Positions 45,221 to 55,616 of a stretch of DNA of 64,000 nucleotides are shown piece after piece; positions within the stretch are counted from its first letter, which is position 1, and each line of letters starts with the position of its first letter. Under the pieces are notes generated by a model. It had not been told where the DNA came from. It ran no database searches and saw nothing but the letters and a program-made list of their open reading frames with translations. The position numbers and the translations under genes were made by a program. Location: NCBI GenBank assembly GCA_965208835.1, contig OZ242358.1, forward strand, positions 2,144,001-2,208,000. The letters run 5' to 3'. The DNA is from Candidatus Latescibacterota bacterium. GTDB lineage: Bacteria > Latescibacterota > UBA2968 > GCA-2709665.

Positions 45221-47314
45221 GTGAATAGCGAAACGCCTGACAGGATTCGGAACGTTGCCCTGGTTGGTCACAGCAGCACCGGGAAGACCTCGCTGGCCGA
45301 GGCGCTGCTTTACTCCGCGGGTGAAAGCAATCGATTGGGGACGGTCGATGCCGGCACGACAAAGTCGGATTTCGCCGAGCCCGAGATTGCCCGGAAAATC
45401 TCCATCAGCATGTCAATGTTGCACTGCGGTTGGAATGGCGCAAAGGTCAATATTCTGGATGCGCCTGGATACGCGGATTTTATTGGCGACGCCAAGGCGG
45501 CGCTCTGGGCGGCGGACAATGCGGTACTCCTTGTTCACGCGGCAAACGGGGTGGAGATCGGGACGGACAAGGCCTGGGGAATTGCGGAATCCTTCGGGCG
45601 TCCGCGCCTGTTTTTTGTCAACCACGTCGACAAGGAATTTGCCGACTTTGACAAAGTTCTCAATGAACTTCAGGAGCAGTACGGGCGACACGTACTTCCG
45701 TTTCAGATGCCGGTCAACCAGGGCACCGGCTTTAACCAGATCATCGACGTACTGAATCAAAAGCTGCTGACGTATCCGGCCGATGCGAACGGAAAACCCG
45801 AAGTAGGCGAAGTGCCTGCCGACCTTCGCGACGACGTCGAGACACTGCGGGAACAGATCGTCGAAGCGGCGGCCGAGAGCGACGATGAGTTGACGGAGAA
45901 ATACCTGGAGGAACTGGATCTTTCGGTAGAGGATCTCTCTCGCGGACTGAAGCTCGGCATCCTGAAGGGAACGACGGTTCCGGTCCTTTGCGGTGATGCG
46001 TCCAGAAATATGGGTGCCGATCAGTTGCTGGATTTCCTCGTCGACAATATGATGTCTCCGTCTGAAGTGCCCGCCACTGGCGGACGTATGGTGGCAACCG
46101 ACGAACCGGCCGAACTCCGGCCGTCTGCGGACGGTCCGCTTGCCGCCGTCGTGTTCAAGACCGTTTCGGAGACCGTCGGCGATCTGTCATTCGTCCGCGT
46201 GTATTCCGGATCGCTGGCGGCATCCTCCGAGGTGTATAATTCGAGCGGAAAAACGGCCGAACGGGTAGGGCAGATCTACGCCCTGAACGGCCAGGACCGT
46301 GAAGAGGTGCCGTTTATTTCTGCCGGAGACATGGGGGCGCTGGTCAAACTGAAAGACACGCATAGCGGCAATACGCTGTGCGAACGGCGCAACCAGGTGG
46401 AGGTCGCGCCGCTGGATTTCCCGCATCCGCTGATACGTATCGCGGTGGAGCCGAAATCACGCGGAGACGAAGAGAAGATCAGCATGGGTTTGCAGCGTAT
46501 TCACGAGGAAGATCCAAGTTTCATCGCCGGATACGATGCGGAGCTGAAACAGATCATCGTTCAGGGTCAGGGAGAGTTGCACCTCGATGTCGTACTCGAA
46601 AAACTGAAGCAGAAGTTCGGCGTAGAGGTGATCACGGTCGAGCCGAGGATTCCGTATCGGGAGACCATCACATCTCACGCCGAAGGTCACCACCGGCACA
46701 AGAAGCAGACCGGAGGGCGCGGGCAGTTCGGCGAGGCGTACCTGCGAATCGAGCCGGTGAGCCGCGGCGAAGGATTCGAGTTTCAGGATGAGGTGGTGGG
46801 TGGTGCCATCCCTCGCAATTATATTCCCGCCGTTGAAAAGGGGGTTGTCGAAGCGATCGAACGTGGGGTGCTCGCCGGTTACAATGTAGTGGATACGCGG
46901 GTTACTGTCTACGATGGTTCGTATCACCCGGTCGATTCGTCTGAAATGGCCTTCCACATGGCGGGTTCCCAGGCCTTCCAGAAGGCGTTTATGAGCGCAC
47001 GGCCGATTCTGCTGGAGCCCATTTATCGGGTAACGGTCATGGTGCCGGAGAAATATATGGGCGATGTGATGGGCGATCTGAACAGTCGCCGGGGCAGGAT
47101 ACAGGGAATGGACCCCGAAGGCAGTTTTCAGGTCATTCGGGCCGAAGTACCGCTGGCGGAGCTATATAAGTACTCGACTTCGCTGCGTTCGATGACACAG
47201 GGAACGGGCGACTATACAATGGAATTCGACCATTACGAACCCGTACCCGCCGAACTGACCCGGAAGATCGTAGAAGCCTCCAGGAAGAAGGAGGGCGAAG
47301 CCGTAGAGGCGTGA
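45221..47314 (+). CDS. fusA: Elongation factor G paralog (EF-G2 type)
   Basis: AGGAGG RBS + GTG; GHSSTGKTS, DAPGYADF, GQGELHL, HKKQTGGRGQFG and DSSEMAF; RKISI replaces the RGITI motif; not in the str operon. Confidence 0.92.
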   Translation: MNSETPDRIRNVALVGHSSTGKTSLAEALLYSAGESNRLGTVDAGTTKSDFAEPEIARKISISMSMLHCGWNGAKVNILDAPGYADFIGDAKAALWAADNAVLLVHAANGVEIGTDKAWGIAESFGRPRLFFVNHVDKEFADFDKVLNELQEQYGRHVLPFQMPVNQGTGFNQIIDVLNQKLLTYPADANGKPEVGEVPADLRDDVETLREQIVEAAAESDDELTEKYLEELDLSVEDLSRGLKLGILKGTTVPVLCGDASRNMGADQLLDFLVDNMMSPSEVPATGGRMVATDEPAELRPSADGPLAAVVFKTVSETVGDLSFVRVYSGSLAASSEVYNSSGKTAERVGQIYALNGQDREEVPFISAGDMGALVKLKDTHSGNTLCERRNQVEVAPLDFPHPLIRIAVEPKSRGDEEKISMGLQRIHEEDPSFIAGYDAELKQIIVQGQGELHLDVVLEKLKQKFGVEVITVEPRIPYRETITSHAEGHHRHKKQTGGRGQFGEAYLRIEPVSRGEGFEFQDEVVGGAIPRNYIPAVEKGVVEAIERGVLAGYNVVDTRVTVYDGSYHPVDSSEMAFHMAGSQAFQKAFMSARPILLEPIYRVTVMVPEKYMGDVMGDLNSRRGRIQGMDPEGSFQVIRAEVPLAELYKYSTSLRSMTQGTGDYTMEFDHYEPVPAELTRKIVEASRKKEGEAVEA

Positions 47315-47337
47315 TTCGGCTCAGGAACCGATGGCCT

Positions 47338-47374
47338 CAGGCGATGTCCTCCAGGACATCGCCTGCTTTTGTTT
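47338..47374 (+). terminator. Intrinsic terminator after the EF-G paralog
   Basis: CAGGCGATGTCCT-CC-AGGACATCGCCTG followed by CTTTTGTTT. Confidence 0.8.
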
Positions 47375-47507
47375 ATGGCTGTCGGCCCTCATGAACCGCG
47401 GAACCTCCGCAGGCAAAGCACAGTTCTGGCGCCCGGGCCGCCGAATTGCCGCCCGCGTCGGATCAGGATAGACGGAGAATCCGCGAGCAAAATTGCTCGT
47501 TTTTGTA

Positions 47508-47536
47508 TTGCCTAAATATCTATTTGTTGCTATATT
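47508..47536 (+). promoter_or_regulatory. yebC-ruv operon promoter
   Basis: TTGCCT-17 bp-TATATT with extended -10 TG. Confidence 0.55.
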
Positions 47537-47600
47537 ATCAAATAGTTAGAGCGATTTTTTTTCGGAAAGTTTGTCGTTCTTCGACGGAGGTGGGCGGTTT

Positions 47601-48353
47601 ATGGCCGGTCATTCGAAATGGGCGAATATCAAGCACAGAAAAGGACGTGCGGATGCCGCCAGGGGCAAGCGGTTCACCAGGCTGATCAGAGAAATCACGG
47701 TGTCCGCGAGGGAAGGAGGCGGCGACGAGGCGAATAATCCACGGCTCAGGGCCGCCATTCTAAACGCAAAATCGGAAAATATGCCGGCCGCCAATATAGA
47801 ACGCGCGGTCAAGAAAGGCACCGGCGACCTGCCGGGCGAATCGTACGAAGGTGCAGTGTACGAGGGATATGGCCCGGGCGGGGTCGCGCTCTTTATCGAG
47901 GTTTTGACCGACAACAGAAATCGCACCGTATCTCAGGTGAGGCATCTCCTGAACAAGCACAATGCCAGTATGGCCGAAAGCGGCTCGGTAGCCTGGGTTT
48001 TCGATCAGAAGGGGCTGGTTGTCGTGTCCAGAGAAAACGCCGACGAAGAGACACTGATGTTGGCCGCCCTCGAAGCCGGCGCCGAAGACATCGTTGAAGA
48101 CGACGCCGTTTACGAAGTTTACACGTCACCCCAGGGTTTCGGACCTGTACAAAAGGCGCTTGCGGCGCAGCAGATCCCCTTTGAACGGGCCGAGCTGACG
48201 CGGGTGCCTCAGAATACGGTGACCGTAGAAGGGAATACGGCGGTACGCCTGATCCGCCTGCTGGAGACGCTGGAGTCTCAGGACGACGTCCAGCGAGTCT
48301 ATGCGAATTTCGAGATGGACGAAGAGGAACTGTCGGCGCTGATGTCGCCCTGA
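47601..48353 (+). CDS. yebC: YebC/PmpR family protein
   Basis: MAGHSKWANIKHRK, YEGYGPGG, TDNRNRT and DDVQRVYAN motifs. Confidence 0.96.
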   Translation: MAGHSKWANIKHRKGRADAARGKRFTRLIREITVSAREGGGDEANNPRLRAAILNAKSENMPAANIERAVKKGTGDLPGESYEGAVYEGYGPGGVALFIEVLTDNRNRTVSQVRHLLNKHNASMAESGSVAWVFDQKGLVVVSRENADEETLMLAALEAGAEDIVEDDAVYEVYTSPQGFGPVQKALAAQQIPFERAELTRVPQNTVTVEGNTAVRLIRLLETLESQDDVQRVYANFEMDEEELSALMSP

Positions 48354-48427
48354 GTCAACAGGATCTGCTGTATCGGCCGATTCATTCAGACACGTGCACC
48401 CAAGCGGACTCTGATTACTCCTCCTGA

Positions 48428-48573
48428 CAGCCCGTTGAAAACGCCCATCCCGGCTACGGCCGGCCCTTGCGGTCGAAATACCGCGTTGCGCGCCCTCGCC
48501 GAATCGCAGGATGGGACTCGGTTGCGCGCCTTGTCTTCGGCCTCGCCTGCAGAGCGACTTTATCAACGGACTG
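48428..48573. mobile_element. MITE-like repeat family A, copy 2 (146 bp)
   Basis: Same TIRs; perfect 4-bp target duplication CTGA on both sides. Confidence 0.88.
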
Positions 48574-48610
48574 CTGACGAGTCCAAACCGCACCCTGAAA
48601 GGCGGGCACC

Positions 48611-49255
48611 TTGCTGGTTCTGGGTATAGACCCCGGCAGTGTGATCACCGGTTACGGTGTAGTGGAATGCCGTGGCCGCAGGAGCCGTATGGTTGCAGGC
48701 GGTACATTGCGCCCGGATACGGGGTTACCCTTTGCCGGGCGGCTGCTTGAGATTCACGATGGGCTCCTGAAACTGATCGAAGAATACTCGCCCGACGAAG
48801 TTGCGGTCGAGAACGCTTTCTATCGTGCCAACGTGAAGACATTGATGAAGATGTGCGAAGCCCGGGGCGCAATCATGGTGGCGCTCGCCAGATCGGATCT
48901 GCCCGTTTTCGAATACGCGCCTCGCGAGGTCAAACAGGCTGTCGTGGGTCGTGGCGGTGCGTCCAAGGAACAGGTGCAGTTTATGATACGGAATCTGTTC
49001 GGTCAGAAACGGGTCACGGGACCATACGACATCACCGATGCGCTGGCTGTCGCGGTTTGTCACGTGAACCGGCTCCAGGCGCCCGGGGGTGACGCCGTGC
49101 GCGCAGCCGCCCGTGGGGGACAGCGGGCGGTGCGCCTTCCCGACGGCAGCGGCGGGCACACGCGTGCGGGACGGATGGACCGTCTGAAGGAAAAGCTGGA
49201 GGAATTGGGCGTCGAAAGCGTTCGAACGACCGGAGCGAAACGAAGGGGTCGATAG
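48611..49255 (+). CDS. ruvC: Holliday junction resolvase RuvC
   Basis: LGIDPG..TGYG, AVE, EARG, VKQAV.G.G.ASKEQV and DALAVA.CH; extra C-terminal tail. Confidence 0.95.
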   Translation: MLVLGIDPGSVITGYGVVECRGRRSRMVAGGTLRPDTGLPFAGRLLEIHDGLLKLIEEYSPDEVAVENAFYRANVKTLMKMCEARGAIMVALARSDLPVFEYAPREVKQAVVGRGGASKEQVQFMIRNLFGQKRVTGPYDITDALAVAVCHVNRLQAPGGDAVRAAARGGQRAVRLPDGSGGHTRAGRMDRLKEKLEELGVESVRTTGAKRRGR

Positions 49256-49259
49256 TCGA

Positions 49260-49853
49260 ATGATCGCCTATCTCGAAGGCAAACTGGCCGTGAACAGCCC
49301 CACGCATCTGGTTGTCGACGTTGCAGGCGTCGGCTTTCTCGTTCACATTCCGATGTCAAGCTACGACGCCGGCCGGGGACGTGGGGAAACCGTCAAGATA
49401 CTGACCCATTTGCACGTACGCGAAGATGCACTTACGATTTACGGTTTCGAAACCGAAGCCGAGCGGGATCTGTTCGAGTTATTGATTTCGGTTTCGGGAA
49501 TCGGTCCCCCGCTTGCCCAGAAGATTCTTTCCGGCGTCCAGATTCAGACTTTTCGCCGGTTGGTAGCGTCGGAAGACGCCCGTGGACTCACCCAGATCAA
49601 GGGGATCGGGCAGAAACTGGCGCGGCGGCTGGTGCTCGAATTGAAGGACCGGATCGGCGACGTCCCCGATGACGATGTCCGGGGGCGGGTATCGCCGGTG
49701 GCGGCGGGACGGGCCGATGAAGCGGTTAAGGCGCTCGCGGGTCTGGGCGTGCCCCACGTGAAAGCCCGCAGCGTGGTTGACAACGTGATCGGCGATCATG
49801 GTAACGAGGCATCGGTGGAAGCGATCATTCGAGAAGCGCTTCGGCGACTGTAG
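49260..49853 (+). CDS. ruvA: Holliday junction branch migration protein RuvA
   Basis: MIAYLEG, HLHVRED, LISVSGIGP, GIGQKLARRLVLELKD. Confidence 0.95.
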   Translation: MIAYLEGKLAVNSPTHLVVDVAGVGFLVHIPMSSYDAGRGRGETVKILTHLHVREDALTIYGFETEAERDLFELLISVSGIGPPLAQKILSGVQIQTFRRLVASEDARGLTQIKGIGQKLARRLVLELKDRIGDVPDDDVRGRVSPVAAGRADEAVKALAGLGVPHVKARSVVDNVIGDHGNEASVEAIIREALRRL

Positions 49854-49891
49854 TCTTCTGTCGCGACGTTCGACAACTCATCCCGGTTTAG

Positions 49892-50037
49892 CAGCCCGTT
49901 GAAATAGCCCATCCGGGCTACGGCCGGCCCTCGCGGTCGAAATACTGCGTTGCGCTCCCTCGCCGAATCGCAGGATGGGACTAGGTCGCGCGCCTTGTCT
50001 TCGGCCTCGCCTGCAGAGCGACTTTATCAACGGACTG
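49892..50037. mobile_element. MITE-like repeat family A, copy 3 (146 bp)
   Basis: Same TIRs; perfect 4-bp target duplication TTAG on both sides. Confidence 0.88.
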
Positions 50038-50065
50038 TTAGTGCGATAAAGGAAGACGGTTCGGA

Positions 50066-51088
50066 ATGAATGGAAGGGTAAGCGACCCTCAGATGCAAGA
50101 CCAGGACCGGAATGAAGGCGACGATCAGTTGCGCCCGGCGCGATTCGCCGATATGACCGGACAGGAGAAGGTCAAGGAGAAGCTGCGAATCGCGGTTGAT
50201 GCGGCAACACACCGGGGCGACGCCATGGACCATGCGCTTCTCTACGGCCCGCCCGGGCTGGGGAAGACAACGCTGGCATATGTCGTCGCCAACGAGCTGG
50301 GAGCGGAGATCATGCCGACTTCCGGCCCCGTACTTGAACGCGCCGCGGACCTGGCCGGTCTGCTGACGAACCTGGCCGAAAGGGACGTCCTATTCATCGA
50401 TGAAATTCATCGGATGAACCGGGTCGTGGAGGAAACGCTGTATCCCGCGATGGAGGACTTCGTGCTGGATATAATGCTCGACAGCGGGCCCGGCGCACGC
50501 TCTTACAGAGTTCCTCTCGATCGGTTTACGCTCATCGGCGCAACAACCCGCTACGGCCTCCTGACCGGTCCGATGCGGGATCGTTTCGGCATCGTCGAGC
50601 GGCTGGACTTTTATAACGAATCGGAATTACAGACCATCGTCGAACGCGCTGCGCGAATTCTGAAAATCAGTATCCAGTCCGAGGGGGCGTACGAAATCGC
50701 ACGGAGGTCGCGGGGTACGGCCCGGATCGCAACCCGGTTATTGAGAAGGTCGCGGGACTACGCGCAGGCGCGTGCGCAGGGTACGATTACGCTGGACGTT
50801 GCAGGTCGCGCGCTGGAACTTGCCGACATAGACAACAAAGGACTGGACGAAATGGACCGTCGACTCCTGTCGATGCTGGTGGAGAAGTACGGCGGTGGTC
50901 CGGTGGGCCTGAATAACCTGGCGGCCGCGCTGGGCGAAGAGCCGGATACCATCGAGGATGTCTACGAGCCCTATCTGATTCAGGAAGGATATCTGCTGCG
51001 TACCCACAGAGGCCGTCAGGCCACGCCGCTGGCCTATCGACACCTCGGATTTACCCCGCCGGAAGGAAAGCAGGGGCGCCTGTTGTGA
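50066..51088 (+). CDS. ruvB: Holliday junction branch migration helicase RuvB
   Basis: [33 protein letters not shown] and EPYLIQ motifs. Confidence 0.97.
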   Translation: MNGRVSDPQMQDQDRNEGDDQLRPARFADMTGQEKVKEKLRIAVDAATHRGDAMDHALLYGPPGLGKTTLAYVVANELGAEIMPTSGPVLERAADLAGLLTNLAERDVLFIDEIHRMNRVVEETLYPAMEDFVLDIMLDSGPGARSYRVPLDRFTLIGATTRYGLLTGPMRDRFGIVERLDFYNESELQTIVERAARILKISIQSEGAYEIARRSRGTARIATRLLRRSRDYAQARAQGTITLDVAGRALELADIDNKGLDEMDRRLLSMLVEKYGGGPVGLNNLAAALGEEPDTIEDVYEPYLIQEGYLLRTHRGRQATPLAYRHLGFTPPEGKQGRLL

Positions 51089-51135
51089 CGTCACGTGGGA
51101 CAGGTACATAGCGGTTGCGGCGAGAGGCTGAAGCG

Positions 51136-51819
51136 ATGTACATGTTGGGTATCGAAACCTCGACACCGGTGTGCAGTGTCGGTCTGGTTGACGAAAACCG
51201 GGTGTTGACTTGCTACTCGCAGAATACGGGGCTGCGGCACGCGGAACGGACGGTTGCGCTGGCGGAACGGGCACTCCAGGACGCCGGACTCGCGGCCGCG
51301 GACCTGCACGGGGTGGCCGTGGGATCGGGGCCGGGCTCGTTTACGGGCCTGCGGATTGGAATGGCCGCTGCAAAGGGCCTGTGTGTCGCATTGAATCTGC
51401 CACTCCTGGCAGTGTCGACGCTGAAGGGCCTGGCGGCCCAGGTCGTCTTCGAGCGCATGCCGGTCTGTGCAATACTCGATGCACGGCGTGGCGAAGTCTA
51501 CGCGGGTGTGTACAGTCTCGACGGAGGGACCCTCACGGCACGTCTTCCGGATACCGCTCTTCCTCTTGAAGATCTGATTCCGAAGCTCCCGAAGCCGGTG
51601 TTGTTTGTCGGCGATGGCGGGATGACATACCGGAATCGTATCGAGGCATCCCTGGGCGCAGACGCCCGGTTCGCCCCCGCATCCACTCACCCCAGCGGCG
51701 GGTCCATCGCGATTCTCGGCGCTGAAGCCCTGCGGGACGGAAATTCAGTCGACCTGGCGACGGCGGAGCCGGAGTACCATCGCCGGAGTCAGGCCGAAAG
51801 TGCGGGAACAACAGGATAA
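51136..51819 (+). CDS. tsaB: t6A biosynthesis protein TsaB
   Basis: LGIETS, GPGSFTGLRIG and DARRGEVY motifs. Confidence 0.95.
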   Translation: MYMLGIETSTPVCSVGLVDENRVLTCYSQNTGLRHAERTVALAERALQDAGLAAADLHGVAVGSGPGSFTGLRIGMAAAKGLCVALNLPLLAVSTLKGLAAQVVFERMPVCAILDARRGEVYAGVYSLDGGTLTARLPDTALPLEDLIPKLPKPVLFVGDGGMTYRNRIEASLGADARFAPASTHPSGGSIAILGAEALRDGNSVDLATAEPEYHRRSQAESAGTTG

Positions 51820-51840
51820 CTGCACAGGAGTCCGAATTCA

Positions 51841-52356
51841 ATGCGGTGCGAGTCGCGGCAGGCGATTTCCGAATTCAGGCTTCTTGGAATGGGCGCGGGT
51901 CACCTCGACGCGGTCGTGGCGATCGAGCGCGAGGGGTTCGCGGATCCATGGCGAAGAGAGGACTTTGAAGACGCGTTGGGCAGAGGGAACAGTTACAACC
52001 TCGTCTACCTGAACGGCAACCGGGTCGTCGCATATGCGGTTGGCTTTCTTGCGTCCAACGAATATCATCTGGCCAATCTCGCGGTGCATCCGGAATTTCG
52101 GCGCCGCGGAGTCGGTAGACGGTTTCTGGAGGCCGTAATGAACGGGTTGCCCGATCGAAATGTGAATGTCGTCACCCTCGAGGTGCGCGTTTCCAATCTG
52201 ACAGCCATCGGCCTTTACAGAAAGCTCGGATTTCGGACTGTCGCGATTCGCCAGGGATATTACAAATCGCCCGCGGAAGATGCGCTCGTCTTGTTGAAAG
52301 CGCTGCATGGACGATTCACCGATTGGGCGAACGGCGGACTCGCAGTTTTGCGTTGA
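51841..52356 (+). CDS. rimI: Ribosomal protein alanine N-acetyltransferase RimI
   Basis: NLAVHPEFRRRGVG, LEVRVSN, LYRKLGF and GYY...EDA; follows tsaB. Confidence 0.9.
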   Translation: MRCESRQAISEFRLLGMGAGHLDAVVAIEREGFADPWRREDFEDALGRGNSYNLVYLNGNRVVAYAVGFLASNEYHLANLAVHPEFRRRGVGRRFLEAVMNGLPDRNVNVVTLEVRVSNLTAIGLYRKLGFRTVAIRQGYYKSPAEDALVLLKALHGRFTDWANGGLAVLR

Positions 52357-52361
52357 ACTTA

Positions 52362-52547
52362 GAAGCCGTCTTAAAATTCCCAGCGGTATTCGCGCGGCTG
52401 CAAAAGTGCCGGTCGGCGTTGGTCAAATCCACCCGTCTTACGAGATCGAGGCTGCGCTTGCTCGCCTCTCATAGGCGGATTTTCCCGCCTTGACCGACAC
52501 TTTTTCGCTCGCGCTCGGGAACTCACCGGTAATTTTAACACAGCTTC
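52362..52547. mobile_element. MITE-like repeat family B, full copy (186 bp)
   Basis: TIRs GAAGCCGTCTTAAAATT / AATTTTAACACAGCTTC; fills almost the whole rimI-holB gap. Confidence 0.85.
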
Positions 52548-52567
52548 TTGCGGCAGGGGACTGACGA

Positions 52568-53632
52568 ATGTTCTGCCAGACAGTCATGGGACAGAAACGT
52601 GTCACGGAGCGGCTCGAGCGGATGGCGGGAAGCGCAAATCTGCCGCACGCCCTCCTGTTTACCGGGCCGGAGGGCACCGGAAAGGTGGCCGCGGCCCTCG
52701 AAATGGCGAGGAGCCTTTACTGCAGTGAGCCGAATGCCGGATGCTGTGAGAATTGCCGCGGATGCAGGAAGACGGCGGGTTTGAACCACCCTGACATGTC
52801 ATTGTTGTTTCCGATTTCACAGCGGTCGTCGCCCGAGATGGAGCGGGAGACGTTGGTACGGATCGCAGAGGATCCTTATGGGTACCCGCTGCCCGCCGAC
52901 CACGCGACCCATTCAATCGGACAGATTCGATCCCTGCAGAAACAGTTCGCGTACGGCGCGTTCGAGGGGGGATGGCGGGTGGCGGTTGTCATGCATGCGG
53001 ATCGGATGCGGGCGGAAGCCGCCAATGCGCTGCTGAAGACGTTGGAAGAACCTCCCGCGCGGTCTCTGTTGATTCTCACGGCGGCCTCACAGGAGTCTCT
53101 GCTGCCGACGATCGTCTCCCGCTGCCAGTGGGTGGTGTTTTCGCCCGTCTCGGTTGAGGACGCGGCCCGGGCATTGTCGAACCAGCCCGGAATCGACGCG
53201 GACTCGGCGATGTCCGTCGCGCGAACCTGCGGCGGAAACCTCAGGCGCGCCCGGGAAATGATCGATCATCAGGTCGACGGCCTGCAAGACCGGGGGTACC
53301 GGTTTCTGGCCGCGCTCCTGTGGGACGAGGAGGCTCGAACCCACGAGGCGCTGGAGAAACTGGCAGCAGACAGGGATGAAGCCCTGCAGCTGCTCGGCAG
53401 CGCGGAGATGTGGCTCCGTGACGTCCTTCTTCTCCAATATGGCGACTCCGGCAGCGTAACACACGCCCGGAGGTTGGACGAGATTCGACGACTGTCCCGC
53501 GCGCTGGGTCTGGAGGGTGTGAAGAGCACCGCCGATAAGATTGAAACGCTGCGCGAGATGAATCGTCGCAACGTCAATCTGTACGTTGGCCTCGTTTCGC
53601 TCTGGCGGGAAGTCAGGGGCGCTGCGAATTAG
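52568..53632 (+). CDS. holB: DNA polymerase III delta' subunit
   Basis: HALLFTGPEGTGK, Cys-rich zinc module, HPD, AANALLKTLEEPP and LLPTIVSRC. Confidence 0.92.
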   Translation: MFCQTVMGQKRVTERLERMAGSANLPHALLFTGPEGTGKVAAALEMARSLYCSEPNAGCCENCRGCRKTAGLNHPDMSLLFPISQRSSPEMERETLVRIAEDPYGYPLPADHATHSIGQIRSLQKQFAYGAFEGGWRVAVVMHADRMRAEAANALLKTLEEPPARSLLILTAASQESLLPTIVSRCQWVVFSPVSVEDAARALSNQPGIDADSAMSVARTCGGNLRRAREMIDHQVDGLQDRGYRFLAALLWDEEARTHEALEKLAADRDEALQLLGSAEMWLRDVLLLQYGDSGSVTHARRLDEIRRLSRALGLEGVKSTADKIETLREMNRRNVNLYVGLVSLWREVRGAAN

Positions 53633-53707
53633 CCGGAATGCCATGTGGATGGGAGGCGTAGCCGATGAGAGCTGATCGCCTGTTTTCGGGGCCGGAAGGT
53701 TGAGTGT

Positions 53708-55612
53708 ATGGGGCGATTCTACATAACAACACCAATATATTATGTGAATGACGAGCCGCATCTGGGGCATGCGTATACGACCATAATGGCGGATGTCTTC
53801 GCCAGGTATCACCGGGTTGCGGGCGACGACGTGCTGTTTCTGACCGGGACGGACGAGCACGGTCAGAAGGTGGCCCAGGCAGCGAAGGAGCGCGGTGTCG
53901 ACCCTCAGGATCACTGCGACGAGATGGTAGAGCGATTCCGGAGACTCTGGGCGACATTGAATATTTCTTACGATGATTTCATCCGAACCACTGAATCCCG
54001 GCACAGGCGCGTCGTGCAGCAGATTCTCCAGCGTCTATACGAAGCCGGAGAGATCTACGCGGACGACTACGAGGGCTGGTATTGCGTTCCGGACGAACGG
54101 TTCTGGACCGAGAAGGACCTGCTGGACGGGAAGTGTCCGGAGTGCGGGCGCGAGGTGACGCGGATATCCGAGAAGAACTATTTTTTTCGCATGGGCAAAT
54201 ATCGTGAGTGGCTGACAGACCACATCCGAGACGACTCCCGGTTTGTGCTTCCTCCTGCGCGCAGAAACGAGATGCTCGGGTTTCTTCGCCGGCCGCTGAA
54301 CGATCTGTGTATCTCCAGGCCGAAGGCCCGCCTGGCCTGGGGCATTCCGTTGCCGTTCGACGAGTCATACGTGTGCTACGTCTGGTTCGATGCGCTGATC
54401 AATTACATTACGGCTGCGGGTTATCTGCAGGATGCCGACGCTTTTGGACGGTGGTGGCCGGCTTCATGCCATCTGATAGGCAAAGATATCCTGACCACGC
54501 ACTGCATTTACTGGCCGACGATGTTGAAGGCGATGGGCGTTGAGACCCCGGACACCGTGATGGCCCACGGATGGTGGCTGGTCGACGACGAAAAGATGAG
54601 CAAGTCTCTGGGAAACGCAATCCGGCCCCTGGATCTGGCGGACAAATACGGTGTGGACGCTTTTCGGTATTTTCTGGTACGTGAGATGGTGCTGGGAATG
54701 GACAGCAGTTTCGGTGAAACGGGGTTTGTCCGCCGCTATAATTCCGAACTCGCAAACGATCTGGGCAATTTACTGAATCGCACGGTGGTCATGGCCAAAC
54801 GATACCTGGGCGGGCGGGTGCCTGCTGCAGATACGAACCACCCCGACTTATCGGAGTTGAAGTTGCAGGCGCGCAGGACGCTGGACGGCGTGACTGACGC
54901 GCTGGGCAAGATGAATCCCGCTGGAATCCTCGATGCGATCTGGGACCTTGTTCGGCAGGCAAATCGCTTTGCGGAGGTGCAGGCGCCGTGGAACCTGGCC
55001 AGGGATCCCGACAGCAAGGATATCCTGAAGGCCACAATCTACGGTCTTCTTGAGACGATGCGTTATCTGGCGGTTCTGTTGTTTCCGGTCCTGCCGGAAA
55101 AAGCAGAGGAGATCTGGGCGCAGATTGGCGCGGACGGCGAAGTGAAAACCCGGACCATGCGGGACCTTCATTCCTGGGGCGGGCTTCGCGCCGGGGCTGA
55201 CGTGAACGCGGGGAGTCCGATTTTTCCCAGGATTGAATCGGTGGAAAAAGACCATTCGGAGAAAGCAGACATGGCTGACGGCAAAGAAGATCTCGTCCCG
55301 TTCAAGGAATTTCAGAAGCTGGAGTTTCGCGTGGCAAGGGTGGAGTCCGCCGATCGGGTTCCGGGCGCCGATCGCCTGCTGACGCTGCAGGTCAGCCTGG
55401 GCGACGAGCAGCGCCAGATTGTGGCCGGAGTCGCGGAGCAGTATCAACCGGAATCGCTGGTTGGCCGCCAGATCGTGGTGGTGGCTAATCTGGAGCCGGC
55501 GACGATCCGCGGGGTGGCGTCCGAAGGAATGCTGCTGGCGGCATCGGCGGACGGCCGTGTAGCCCTGCTGCAACCGGACGCCGACGTTCCCGACGGAGCC
55601 GAGGTGGGCTGA
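53708..55612 (+). CDS. metG: Methionine--tRNA ligase
   Basis: FYITTPIYYVN..PHLGH, GTDEHG, KMSKS and C-terminal tRNA-binding OB domain. Confidence 0.98.
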   Translation: MGRFYITTPIYYVNDEPHLGHAYTTIMADVFARYHRVAGDDVLFLTGTDEHGQKVAQAAKERGVDPQDHCDEMVERFRRLWATLNISYDDFIRTTESRHRRVVQQILQRLYEAGEIYADDYEGWYCVPDERFWTEKDLLDGKCPECGREVTRISEKNYFFRMGKYREWLTDHIRDDSRFVLPPARRNEMLGFLRRPLNDLCISRPKARLAWGIPLPFDESYVCYVWFDALINYITAAGYLQDADAFGRWWPASCHLIGKDILTTHCIYWPTMLKAMGVETPDTVMAHGWWLVDDEKMSKSLGNAIRPLDLADKYGVDAFRYFLVREMVLGMDSSFGETGFVRRYNSELANDLGNLLNRTVVMAKRYLGGRVPAADTNHPDLSELKLQARRTLDGVTDALGKMNPAGILDAIWDLVRQANRFAEVQAPWNLARDPDSKDILKATIYGLLETMRYLAVLLFPVLPEKAEEIWAQIGADGEVKTRTMRDLHSWGGLRAGADVNAGSPIFPRIESVEKDHSEKADMADGKEDLVPFKEFQKLEFRVARVESADRVPGADRLLTLQVSLGDEQRQIVAGVAEQYQPESLVGRQIVVVANLEPATIRGVASEGMLLAASADGRVALLQPDADVPDGAEVG

Positions 55613-55616
55613 GAAG

